Part shown: piece by piece, positions 47,405-57,900 of the stretch
Numbering within the stretch: position 1 is the stretch's first letter
How the letters are laid out: each line of letters starts with the position of its first letter
Virus record (IMG/VR): IMGVR_UViG_3300045988_170943
Coordinates: 224,001-288,000 of that record
DNA: 64,000 nt
Reading direction: 5' to 3' (one strand)
DNA from: a virus
Position numbers and translations under genes: made by a program
The notes under the pieces: generated by a model
The model's database searches: none
Told to the model about the DNA's origin: nothing
The model's input: only the letters and a program-made list of their open reading frames with translations

Positions 47405-48498
47405 CAGCACCAGTGGTAGCGTACGCAGATGACTATAGGCTCACCGTCGAGAGCCTGAGATTCTACGTACCCGCATTCCACCAAGGGGAAGAAGCCGAAC
47501 GCATACTCGTCGAATCAGGTGACACACTCCACCCACAGGAACGCAACCGCCTGGAGGTGCAGGCTCGCCTCAAAACCTTAGCCGTAGCGAAGATCGAGTC
47601 CATGTGCAAGCCTCTCATCGTGAGGGAGATCAACAAACTCATCAATGGCTCCCACCTCAGAGGCAACGACGACCTGTTTAACATCCTCTACGAGACCGGC
47701 GTCAAAGTCGGCATGATCAAGGGCCTAAGGCACTTCGACGTCAACAAGATCCAGGCCGGAGCCACAAACTACCTATTCCAGTGGATCGTCACCTATGCCA
47801 GGAAAGAGTTAGCAACCCATGAGGCCACCTTCGGTATCGCCCCATCCAGGTTCCAGAAACTCAAGAAAGTGTCCGCCGTCCGCAAGAAGATAACAGAACA
47901 GTTAGGTAGGTACGCCACCAACCAGGAAGTACTAGACTACTTCCATTCCGGGAAGGCCGACATCAAGACAATGGCCGGGAGACTCAACGCCCCCAACAAA
48001 GGGTACGCCTCCAACAAGGCAATCACCATGGACCTTGTTCAGGAGCAGGAGAAGTTCGAGAAGACCATGGCCTATGTGCAACTCCTCGACCCCCTGGAAG
48101 ACTACCAGCGACAGTTAGACCAGGCCGTCCACCCACCTAAGCCCTTCAACGAGACCATCTTCGGGGCCTTCAACGACACCCACCCCATGACCGACCAGGC
48201 TGTCGCCGTCCTCATGAGTGAACTGGGCAACTACACAGACATGACCCCACAGGTGAGACACGAACTGGACGCCATGACCAAGAAAGAGTACCGGGCCACC
48301 CTCAAACGCATCACAGAGATGGCTACCGACCCACACGGCCCTTTCCAGGCGTTCATCCGCGCTAACGCCGCCACCCTGGACGCCGGATGGGACTACATGG
48401 TGGGCGAGGAAAACAACAGCACTACAGACAAGGTGCGTGCACGATACACGGCAGCACTGTTCCCGCACGGACTGGAAACACGCACAGGAGAACACTAA
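47401..48498 (+). CDS. divergent sigma-70-family-like protein (second, phage-type sigma candidate)
   Basis: DLFNILYETGVKVGMIKGLRHFDVNKIQAGATNYLFQWIVTYARKEL aligns with sigma region 2.2-2.4 (DLIQEG.IGLMKAV.KFD...G.KFSTYA.WWIRQAI). A region-3-like IAPSRFQKLKKVSAVRKKITEQLGR follows. The start overlaps the upstream stop (ATGA). Confidence 0.45.
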   Translation: MTAPVVAYADDYRLTVESLRFYVPAFHQGEEAERILVESGDTLHPQERNRLEVQARLKTLAVAKIESMCKPLIVREINKLINGSHLRGNDDLFNILYETGVKVGMIKGLRHFDVNKIQAGATNYLFQWIVTYARKELATHEATFGIAPSRFQKLKKVSAVRKKITEQLGRYATNQEVLDYFHSGKADIKTMAGRLNAPNKGYASNKAITMDLVQEQEKFEKTMAYVQLLDPLEDYQRQLDQAVHPPKPFNETIFGAFNDTHPMTDQAVAVLMSELGNYTDMTPQVRHELDAMTKKEYRATLKRITEMATDPHGPFQAFIRANAATLDAGWDYMVGEENNSTTDKVRARYTAALFPHGLETRTGEH

Positions 48499-48863
48499 TG
48501 ATTGACATACTCAACCTGGACTACAACATGAAAGCCGTCATCGGGTGGTCGGCACTGGCAGTCATTGCGGCACTCACCATCCTGTTCCTCGCCCACTTCG
48601 TGTGGCTAGTCATGTCACAACGCAAGGACGACACCCTGGCCCTACCGGAACTGACCCTGGGCGGCGACGACAAGAAGAAAGAGCAGCAGACTGAGCCCAC
48701 GGCCACCCCCGCTGGTCCGGCACCCGCGTTCACGATTAGCGCCCCAGACGACGGCGACCTGCTACTGGAGGAGGCTAGGGCGGCCGCAGCCGAGATCGCC
48801 GCAGAAGGCGAAAACGGGGCAACAAGGCAGGTCAAGAGCCGTTTCTCACTACGCAAAAACTGA
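48498..48863 (+). CDS. small single-pass membrane protein
   Basis: ATG at 48498 overlaps the upstream stop (TAATG), with an acaggag RBS. TM helix WSALAVIAALTILFLAHFVWLV. Confidence 0.4.
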   Translation: MIDILNLDYNMKAVIGWSALAVIAALTILFLAHFVWLVMSQRKDDTLALPELTLGGDDKKKEQQTEPTATPAGPAPAFTISAPDDGDLLLEEARAAAAEIAAEGENGATRQVKSRFSLRKN

Positions 48864-48910
48864 TATTTACCTAAAAGTTTCCTGTGTTTTCTGTTTGGAT
48901 GGAGTGATTT

Positions 48911-49201
48911 ATGACAGACACACTAAACAAGCCTGAGATCATTACCAGGGTCGCATCAGCAACAGGCGATTCAAAGGCCACAGTAGAACGAGTCCTCACA
49001 TCCTTGGAGGAGGTAGTCACAGACTCCCTGTGTGAAGGCCGCGACGTCAAGATCAGTGGATTCCTCGCGTTCTCCACAGTTACCAGACCCGCACGCACCA
49101 CCAAGAACCCCAAGACAGGTGAGGATGTCAACGTGCCAGCCCGCAAGGCCCTCCGAATCCGGCCACTGTCCAGACTAAAGAGAACTATCCGCGCATCCTG
49201 A
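48911..49201 (+). CDS. HU/IHF-family nucleoid-associated DNA-binding protein
   Basis: The 96-aa protein ...ISGFLAFSTVTRPARTTKNPKTGEDVNVPARKALRIRPLSRLK matches the HU arm (GFG.F.....AR.GRNP.TGE.I.I.A...P.F..GK.LK). Confidence 0.8.
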   Translation: MTDTLNKPEIITRVASATGDSKATVERVLTSLEEVVTDSLCEGRDVKISGFLAFSTVTRPARTTKNPKTGEDVNVPARKALRIRPLSRLKRTIRAS

Positions 49202-49426
49202 ACACAAAACGAAGGAAAGCCACGAGCCCGCAACACAGTCATTCAGGGTGGGTCCAAGACCAAGAAACCAGGTCAAGGTCCCGCCCTGAAACACACATAA
49301 ACAACACAGCAAGGTAGAATCACCATCAGAGATTAAACACCACACAAACACATGGGGGCAGGCGTGGCAGTCACAAAACCAGCACCAGAAAACACTCTCC
49401 TCGTCAGAATCGACCTTGGGGTGAGC

Positions 49427-49861
49427 ATGAAACACGATCTGGAGGCTGCGGCAGAAAAATCACTCCGCATCGCCCAACAAAAATGGGGCCTGAACCTACC
49501 CTCCGCAGACATTGACAGGATCCTGCACCACAGCAGAGCCCAGTTGCTCCGCCATGTCAGTGACGACGCCCGCACCGAGTGGGACGGCGGCAGAGTCGTC
49601 AACGTCATCGTCACCGCACCCAAGTCCGGAGAAGTCCTACTCCCTGACCCCAAGATGTCAACAGACCTCAAAACCACCCTCCTGAAGACGAAGCAAGGGT
49701 GGGAGATCAACGAAGAGGAGAACGACAACGCCGTCCGAGTCACAGAGTTCGCTGAGCACTACCGGTCACGCATTCTCACTATGCAGGACACCGCCATCTT
49801 CTACGGGGTCGGCTCATACTCCACCTACAGCGACAGTAGAAACTACAGGGCACCCCAGTGA
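49427..49861 (+). CDS. hypothetical protein
   Basis: ATG at 49427 or GTG at 49421. The ORF-track ATG at 49352 lacks an RBS. Confidence 0.3.
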   Translation: MKHDLEAAAEKSLRIAQQKWGLNLPSADIDRILHHSRAQLLRHVSDDARTEWDGGRVVNVIVTAPKSGEVLLPDPKMSTDLKTTLLKTKQGWEINEEENDNAVRVTEFAEHYRSRILTMQDTAIFYGVGSYSTYSDSRNYRAPQ

Positions 49862-49915
49862 TATTCGCATTATCTGCCTAATGCCCCTGCCACACGTGAG
49901 ACAAGGACCCCGAGA

Positions 49916-50455
49916 ATGACCTCCAGGCTCACCTACTCGTCACTACCAACCGAGATAAAGAAGATAGCCAACGAGTCCCTAGGCCTGGGCGTCCTCAAGT
50001 CACTGTTCAGTTACGCAAAAACCTACCATCTCATCATCAAAATCAGTGACGGAATCTTCATCGGCTTCGCCCTCTACCACTACCATACCAAAACCATGAG
50101 GGACGGCAGTACCTACACGACCGGCATCATCGACTGCGTGTGCGTCGCCACCCCCTACAGGCAGGAAGGGTTTGGCACACTCCTCACATTCAGCACCCTA
50201 AGGAAGATGAACGCCTATGGGGTGGATCGCATAGAGATCCTACTGAAGAAACCTACCCCAGAAGACAAGGACAACGAACCCGGTGTGCCACTCATCGGCA
50301 GCGAGGACCTACTTGTCGCCCTCGGGTTCCGCAAAGTAAAAACCTACCGGAACAACTACACACAAATCTCCCGGCAATACGGGTATGACTGCATCATGTG
50401 CAACAACCGCCCCGACACGTGCCTGGGGATCCTTTACGCAATAGACTCCAACTAG
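49916..50455 (+). CDS. GNAT-family N-acetyltransferase (putative)
   Basis: Motif A-like ATPYRQEGFGTLLTF (R/Q-x-x-G-x-G) and a C-terminal ...LVALGFRKV. Confidence 0.45.
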   Translation: MTSRLTYSSLPTEIKKIANESLGLGVLKSLFSYAKTYHLIIKISDGIFIGFALYHYHTKTMRDGSTYTTGIIDCVCVATPYRQEGFGTLLTFSTLRKMNAYGVDRIEILLKKPTPEDKDNEPGVPLIGSEDLLVALGFRKVKTYRNNYTQISRQYGYDCIMCNNRPDTCLGILYAIDSN

Positions 50456-50577
50456 AACCAGGCCAGTAATACAGTAGGATAGTCCCAGCAAAAACGCATG
50501 ATACTGGGGAACAAAAACTAGCGGCAGCGATATTTTTCCCCTGAGTTCTCAAAGACCCACAAGGGGAAACGGCCGTA

Positions 50578-53500
50578 ATGAATCTAGCATTTCTGACAGG
50601 AAACGCACCCACGCCAGGGACACACTACCTTACAGGTGACGTCCAAGTGACCACCTGCAAGAGGAGCGCCCTGAAAGCCGTCACCCTTACCGCCGTCACC
50701 GTCATCATGCTCATTGGCCTCATCACACAGGCCATCACAGGTGGAGCAAGCAACCCGCTCACCAACAACCAGAACACCACGGCCGGAACCACTGCGCTAG
50801 CCGATGACGAATCCGACGCCAAGAAAGAAATCAAGGGCTTATCCGACAGTTACATCCAGAAGGACGAGGACGGAAAACCCAGCCTGTTCAACACCATCAA
50901 CAAGGCTGACGGGGAAGACTCACCAAACGACTTCGGCTACATTATGCGCCGACTATTCTCCACCGGATACATCAACCATGCCGGGGACGCAACCAACGAC
51001 GGCCGACAGGACAACTGCTACGTATCCCAATCTGGCACCCCCTACTACCACAACTGCGACGTACCCAACTTCATGACCGAGGCGTTACAGTCATTCATGG
51101 ACCCGTTCATCACCACCGGGCCACAGAACGCCGAGATCCGTAAAGCCAAAGGCGGGCTACTGTGGGTGTTTGACGGGATCCCCGACTCAGAGACCCTACC
51201 TGACGCCGGACCGGCTGTTGACGAGAACGCCCGGTCTGCTAAGTACACTGGCCTCGAAATCTTCGGATACAACCTCAACTACACCACCTACTTGGGCGAG
51301 TGGGACAACATCAAAGTGATGACCGCCGCCAGATCCCTGTCCAACTTCGGGTTCATGGACAGTCTCAAACTCGGCGCCACCGCCGTCATCAAAGGTGTCG
51401 CCAACGGTGTAGGCAACGCAGCATCCGGGTTTGTCAACAGGATCAGCACTGGTAACATCCTGGGCGCTGTCGGTGGACTTTGGTCCGACTTTGTGGGAGG
51501 ATCCTCGGCCGCAGTCGTCAAAGTCGTCATGGACACGTCCGACCAGAATGTCTTCAACAACTGGGCATGGTACCGGGTCGGCTACGGGTCTACACTTTAT
51601 AATGCCCGCGAACTCACCGCCGAAGAGACAGCCGCACAAGCAAAACGCGCCCTGTACAACATGATCCTCGGATCCCAACCGGACGCGGCCACGGCACCCC
51701 AGGAACTCAAAGACCTTAAGAAACCGGCTGCACCTGCCGATGAGACCTCCAAGTGCGTTATCCGCGTCAACGGGAAAGCCACAGAGCAGAAGAACGCCTC
51801 CGACAACGGTATCACAGAAGGCGACTGCAAACTTCAGGCGAACACGGCAGCCCCAGACGGAAAAGCCCACAAGGTTAACACCCCCAATGACCTGAAGAAA
51901 GACGGCGACTACGCCTGGAAGAAAGACGGCACCAGCAAACGCCAGACCCTCAAGGAATGGGTCGCCGCCAACCAGGCCACCTTCAACACCGCCAAGAAGT
52001 ACGGCATGTCCATCAACACTGATGGGGACGAGTCCAAGCGTGACGAAGTAGCCCAGAAAATCCTCTCCGAGTGGGACCGCGAGTATTCCAAGGCTCTCCA
52101 AAACTCCACCGCCAAAGAGGCAGAAGCCAAAAACAGCGAATGGGTGAACCAGTTACTCGGCACCGCAGCATTCGCCGCGCACATCCTGTCCAACCCGTCC
52201 CAAAGTTACAATGCTCCGTGGTCCCGGTTCGCCTGCACCAACGCGGACGGCACCGACATGCATGAAGACAACGGCACCCTCGTCATGCTCATGGACTCTG
52301 ACGGCAACATGAACCCCAAATGCTCCGGGGTGCGTCCACCTATCCAGGACGGGCTCTTCGGTAACGGCTACACAGGCGACGCCAAGAACCAGGTTGGTAC
52401 AGACACGCGCCGAGCGCGCCTCAACACCAACGTGCTCGCAAATCTGATCCCCCTCGACTCAGCATTCGACAGTGTGGCAGCGTTCTGGCTAGGTGTCGCC
52501 ACCACCTCCACCATGGTATCCAACGAGGTCATGTCCTGGGCATTCAGCCCACTCCTGTCCCAACTCGGGATCACAGACATCGTGGTCAACACCATCAAGT
52601 TCATGCGAGACAGCATCTTCTTCCCACTCGCAGCGATCATGGTGGCGTTCGGCGCATTCATGGCCCTGTGGAACCTCGCCAGGAAAGGCAACGCGAAAGA
52701 AACCATCATCACACTGTGCCTCATCATCGCAACCTTCGCAACCGGGGTAGCCCTCCTACAATCACCAGGCCGCACCGTCAAAGCCATAGACACCATCCCC
52801 TCCATGGTTGAACAAACCATTGTTGGGTACATATTCTCCGCCAACAATGAGCCAGTAGACCAGTTGTGCACGGCATCAGGAACTGTGTCAACCAAGGCAG
52901 GCACCGGCCTAGAAGATGAGCAACTACCATTCACCCCATCTGAAGGCACCAGGTCTCTCATGTGCGAGAACTGGCGAACCTTCGCGTTCAACCCATGGGT
53001 GTACGGCCAGTGGGGGACAGGCTACCACAACCTGTACGCCAACGGCAGCGGCAAGGACGGGGCGTGGGACAACAAGAACAGCAGTATTGTCGGTGACGCC
53101 GCAGTCCCCCTAGGTAACAACATCAGCGAAAAGAACTGGGGACTCTACCAGTTGCGTGCCACCACATCCGGCACCGCCTACTACACGGACCAGTCCAACC
53201 CGACAGGCCGCATCAACCGGGACTTCTACAGGATCGTTGACGCCCAGGCAGGCCCCAGCAACGCAGCCAACTCCTACCCACGGTACTTCAACACGTGGAG
53301 CGGAACCAACCTAGCCCCGCGTGCTGGAACAGCCATGCTCGGCGGCATCATTGGTGTACTCGGAGCATACACCGTCATCGTCTACTCTGTGACTAAAGTG
53401 CAGGTCACGTTCATCGTCACCATGCTGCTGCTCATCATGCCGCTCATGCTGCTCATGGGGATCCTCCCATACTTTGGGACTGGGAAACTACGCCGTTACT

Positions 53501-54717
53501 TCGGCACCATCGGTGGACTCATGGTGCAGCGCGTCTTCATCGCCTTGTTCCTCGCCGTCATGTTCCGCATCCTCGCCGGGGTGGGCACGGCATCCTCCAG
53601 TTACCCCAACCTGGCCTTGTTCACAGCCGCGATCTGCGTGTTCTTCCTCATGATCCGTAAGGAAGTTGAGGAGATGATCTTCCGTAGCGTCGCCAGCAAG
53701 TTCGGAGGCTCCATGGCCGACGCCTTCCGCCGTGACCCAAGTGGGTTCATCAGAGGGCAGATCGGGCGTGGCGGCCAAGGAGGATTCATCTCCAACAAGG
53801 CCGAGATAGCGAAGTCCACGGTCGTTGGTGCTGCTGCCGGTGCTACCGCCGCGAAACTCACTGGCGGCAGCGGTCTACGCGCAGCCCTCGACAGTGTACG
53901 AACCAACACCACTAACCTTCGCAACCAGCAGAGGAGACGCGGATACAGGACACTGGACACGCTCTCAAGGGGTGCCCAGGCTGGTAAACAGGCCGGTAGA
54001 CGGCAGTTGGCTGACGACCAGTACGCGACCGACATCAAACGTGAAGCATACCGTGACACAAAGGTATGGAAGGACTACGAGTCTGCCGCACGCGCCTATG
54101 ACGCCCTACCCACCAAGGAGGAGCGGAACATACGGACCGGGAAGATGGAGACGTTCAAGTACGACCCAGCAACCGGGAAACGCATGGAGAAACCGGAGGC
54201 CCCAACATTCGAGTCTGCGTCCAAGGACCTCAACATCACGATCCCTGGACGCAAGTTGAAGAAACTCGCCGACCGGAGACGCAAGGCCGACGACCTGGAG
54301 ATGGGCGGCAAGCCGGGCCAGAGGGTAGCCCCAGTTAAAAACCGTGCGAAAGACACGGAAGCACTGGTACATCGCACAGAGAAGAGAGTCCAAGACGCCT
54401 CTGACCCGAGTAAGGTTGCAGAACGTCGGCGTAAGGATGCTCGAAAGGATAAGCATCGTGAACGCATCGACGGGACGAGAGGCGTCCGTAAGATCACCAG
54501 GGAGTTCGACAAGAAGTACCAGTCCAGCAAGAATGAGGAGTACAGGGTGCGCATGAGGACCAGCCTGCATGAACTCATGGACGCAGCCGCAGCATACGAC
54601 CCTGAGAAGGATCAGGACAACACGGGCCTACCGGACTATATGGACCCTGTTGAGGGCGACATCTATGGGCCGGAACTGCCCTCCTATCATGAAAAGGATG
54701 AGGAGGAAGAGGAATGA
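50578..54717 (+). CDS. giant polytopic membrane protein, paralog 2 of 3 (VirB6/TrbL-like candidate)
   Basis: Signal anchor, then an extracytoplasmic domain of about 600 aa containing CENWRTFAFNPWVYGQWGTGYHNLYANG...VGDAAVPLGNNISEKNWGLYQL...DFYRIVDAQAG. This is followed by a block of 5-6 TM helices and a long charged K/R/E-rich tail of about 330 aa. Confidence 0.55.
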   Translation: MNLAFLTGNAPTPGTHYLTGDVQVTTCKRSALKAVTLTAVTVIMLIGLITQAITGGASNPLTNNQNTTAGTTALADDESDAKKEIKGLSDSYIQKDEDGKPSLFNTINKADGEDSPNDFGYIMRRLFSTGYINHAGDATNDGRQDNCYVSQSGTPYYHNCDVPNFMTEALQSFMDPFITTGPQNAEIRKAKGGLLWVFDGIPDSETLPDAGPAVDENARSAKYTGLEIFGYNLNYTTYLGEWDNIKVMTAARSLSNFGFMDSLKLGATAVIKGVANGVGNAASGFVNRISTGNILGAVGGLWSDFVGGSSAAVVKVVMDTSDQNVFNNWAWYRVGYGSTLYNARELTAEETAAQAKRALYNMILGSQPDAATAPQELKDLKKPAAPADETSKCVIRVNGKATEQKNASDNGITEGDCKLQANTAAPDGKAHKVNTPNDLKKDGDYAWKKDGTSKRQTLKEWVAANQATFNTAKKYGMSINTDGDESKRDEVAQKILSEWDREYSKALQNSTAKEAEAKNSEWVNQLLGTAAFAAHILSNPSQSYNAPWSRFACTNADGTDMHEDNGTLVMLMDSDGNMNPKCSGVRPPIQDGLFGNGYTGDAKNQVGTDTRRARLNTNVLANLIPLDSAFDSVAAFWLGVATTSTMVSNEVMSWAFSPLLSQLGITDIVVNTIKFMRDSIFFPLAAIMVAFGAFMALWNLARKGNAKETIITLCLIIATFATGVALLQSPGRTVKAIDTIPSMVEQTIVGYIFSANNEPVDQLCTASGTVSTKAGTGLEDEQLPFTPSEGTRSLMCENWRTFAFNPWVYGQWGTGYHNLYANGSGKDGAWDNKNSSIVGDAAVPLGNNISEKNWGLYQLRATTSGTAYYTDQSNPTGRINRDFYRIVDAQAGPSNAANSYPRYFNTWSGTNLAPRAGTAMLGGIIGVLGAYTVIVYSVTKVQVTFIVTMLLLIMPLMLLMGILPYFGTGKLRRYFGTIGGLMVQRVFIALFLAVMFRILAGVGTASSSYPNLALFTAAICVFFLMIRKEVEEMIFRSVASKFGGSMADAFRRDPSGFIRGQIGRGGQGGFISNKAEIAKSTVVGAAAGATAAKLTGGSGLRAALDSVRTNTTNLRNQQRRRGYRTLDTLSRGAQAGKQAGRRQLADDQYATDIKREAYRDTKVWKDYESAARAYDALPTKEERNIRTGKMETFKYDPATGKRMEKPEAPTFESASKDLNITIPGRKLKKLADRRRKADDLEMGGKPGQRVAPVKNRAKDTEALVHRTEKRVQDASDPSKVAERRRKDARKDKHRERIDGTRGVRKITREFDKKYQSSKNEEYRVRMRTSLHELMDAAAAYDPEKDQDNTGLPDYMDPVEGDIYGPELPSYHEKDEEEEE

Positions 54718-54762
54718 GTCATTGCGTCCCGCGCCTACTGGAGTGCGGGACGCAATGACTCA
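54717..54762 (+). terminator. perfect 17-bp hairpin abutting the stop codon of paralog 2 (intercistronic structure or terminator)
   Basis: gagtcattgcgtcccgc / gcgggacgcaatgactc with a 12-nt loop. No U-tract follows. Confidence 0.35.
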
Positions 54763-54906
54763 ACCATGCAACTAGGGACAGAAAAAGGAATCTAGAGGAA
54801 AACTGTCAGAGGCACTGTGGTTCCCCCACTCCGCCCCTATTGTGGCGCTACTTGCAGGGATATTTCAACGTTAGTCACTTTACGTCGATCATGAGGATGT
54901 TTCTAC

Positions 54907-57900
54907 ATGATTCTCAGGCATATGCAGCCGCAAGGGGCATCCTACATGACCCCGAACGGTGCGGGTAGGGCACATGACGGTGCCGGGCACAAGCGCACCA
55001 TTGTCGCCACCGTCATGGTAATGCTGTCTGTCCTCATGCTCACCTTCGCTGGCCTGTCCACTGCTGTCAACGTGCGTGAGAAGCAACAGGTGCAGGCTGG
55101 GGACTGGACTCAGTGGCTCATGTGTGAAGTACTACCAGAGTCAGCGAAGGAACTCTACCAGTTCAGCCAGTCGAAGGACCTCCAGTTCCATCTTCGCTCA
55201 AAGTCAGCAATCACTGGTGGAATTGATGACGTGGACGGTGGCCTGAACTGGATGCTGTCTGGCAGTAGCGGCACAGACTTCAAGAAGGTCAATGAGGAGA
55301 TCCTGGGGTTCAGTCTCGACCCAGAAAGTGACGGGCAGTCTCAACCGAACCAGCAGTCAGGTAGCCAGCAAGACCAGAAGCAGGCTGGAGATCAGAAGAG
55401 CGGGGACGGGAAGACTCCCACTGGTGGCAAATACGTCAACCCATACGACCGGTTTGGTGTCGCTGGGATGAAGTTCAGTGCCTACCAGGGTGAGTGGAAG
55501 TACTTCGTTATCGATGCCTGCAAAAAGGACGGGGAGCCGAACGACCCGAAAGCCGGGCTGTTCTATGACAGTCGCCTGGAACCGCGTAGCGGCTGGGAAG
55601 ACATTGGGAACTCCAAGGATGTGCGCACCCAGCAGTTCCAGGCTAACCCATCCGCACCTATTCTCGCCACGGCCCTGAACAGTGTCGCCAACGGGCTATT
55701 CAACATCACGAAACTTATCGTCAGTGTCACTATCGCATTTGTTGGGTTCTCATTCTCTGACATCGTACACACCATGGGGCTCGATAACGTTATCGGCGGC
55801 CAGTCGGGCATGTTCAAGAACCTGTTCAATGGTGTGTTCATGCCACTGGTTGTCTTCGCGTTCCTCACGACCGGGGGCTATCTCATCTACAATGGGGTCT
55901 ACAAGGGGCGTTACCGTGAGTCATTCAACTCGGTAGCAAGATCGTTCCTGATCTTCGCTATCGCCATTGTTGTCGGCATGCACCCGGCACAGGCAATGAC
56001 ACTACCGAACAAAGCCATCGTATGGTTCCAGTCCGTGGTCGTCCTGAGCCTCAACAGTCAGATCGCGGGCGGAGACGACATGTGTGCAACTGACATCGGC
56101 CAAGTCAACTCCAAGATCATCGAGTCTCAGGGGAAGAGTGAGCAAGGGGTCCTGGATGAGGCCGCCCAGAACATCCGGTCAGTGGTCAGTTGCCGAATGT
56201 GGCAGGTCCTCCTCCTCAAACCATGGGCGGAAGGACAATTCGGCACCGACATCAATAACCTGTGGGCCAACGGCAACAAGCCAGGGTGGGCGCCAGAGAA
56301 CGCACAGGAACTCGGCAACAGTAACAACGACATGGTTGGCAGCGCGGAAGTCCCCCTGGGTGAAGGCAAAAGCATCCACAACTGGGGCATATACCAGATC
56401 TCCACGCAGACCAACGCGCACTGGGTCACATCCGGTAACGGCACCAGGGTGAAACCAATCAACGGTGTTGCTGGGGACTGGTACCGGATTGTTGACGCTC
56501 TTGCTAACTATGATGAGGAGGACGCCAAGGAGAAGCCATCCGACAACGCTGAAGAGATTACGTACAAGGTCCCTAAGGAGTCCAATAAGGTCAGTCCTTA
56601 CTGGGATGCGTGGGTGGGGAATAGCGTCGCCAGCAGGTACACGTCCGCCTTGTCCTCCATCCTGGTAGCCGCCCTGGTGTGCGCATCTATGGCCCTGTTT
56701 GCCGGGTGGGCGTCCGTGTACACGATAGGTCTGGCTATACTCCTTGGTTTCGCGCCCCTGTTCATGCTTCTGGCCTGTTGGGCAGGTAGAGGCTGGGAGA
56801 TTTTCAAAGGGTGGGCAGAACTCACAGTTAAGACCGGGCTCAGTCGCATCGTGGTTGGGATACTGCTTGTCTTCAACATTCTCATTGTCAACAACATCCT
56901 AAATATGGCGAACACCCTGTCCTGGGGGAAGATGATCACCCTTCTGATGATCCTTACCGTCATCATGTTCAAGGGGCGTGAGAAGATCACTGAGATGTTC
57001 GCTGCCGTCCAGTTCGGTGGCGTGAACATGGCCTCCACGGCCAGCAGAGTCACCGACCGAACCAAGAACATTGTTATGGCGCCAGTTAAGACATCTGGTC
57101 GTTTCGCAACCAGCGCCGTGGGTGGCGGTGTTGGGGCGAGGCGCGAGGGCGGGTCGTTCATGCGTGGCATGGGTGCTGGCGCGGTCCAGGAGTTTAAAAA
57201 CATGACCTACCGGTCCGGGATGCTCAGGGACGCGAGAACAACCTATGACACGCACGCCGCTGCCGCCGGGAAGAAAGGCGTCCTCGTGTCTGAGATGAAC
57301 TGTGCCGTATGTGGTAAGCCACTCGACTATGAGCAGAATCAGTACGGCACCCAACAGTTCATTGGCGGCCGCGACCGGAACGGTAACCTCGTGTGCCGCG
57401 AGTGCCTTGAAGACGGCATGGGTGACGATGTTCAGGAGGTCACATTCAACCGTCCGACCGCTGCACAGAGGCGCGACGCCAGCAAGAGCAAGGACGCACA
57501 ACGCAAGAAGATCCGAGAGAGTTACAACAAGCGGTTCACTGACGACACAGCCGGTCGAACTGTAGCCGAGAATACGGCCAGCGGAATCCATGACATGCGC
57601 AACGAGGACTTGAACACCATTGCGGGCAGGGAGAATCGTGCAGAGAACGAGGCTAAGTTGCGTGCCGCCATGAGTATGGTCCACCAAGACGTTTATGCTC
57701 ACAAGTCCGCCAAAGATTACAGTCGAGACAAAAAGAAAGACCCCAGGACGATAACCACCACAAAACTCCCCAAGGAGATCGACGGGATCGTAGACAAGGA
57801 CGCCCTCCAGGAAGCGTGGATGAAACAGGACTACAACTATGTGATCATGACCTATGTGTCAGCCTGGATTGTCTGGTATCAGCAGAACACAGGCGTCAAG

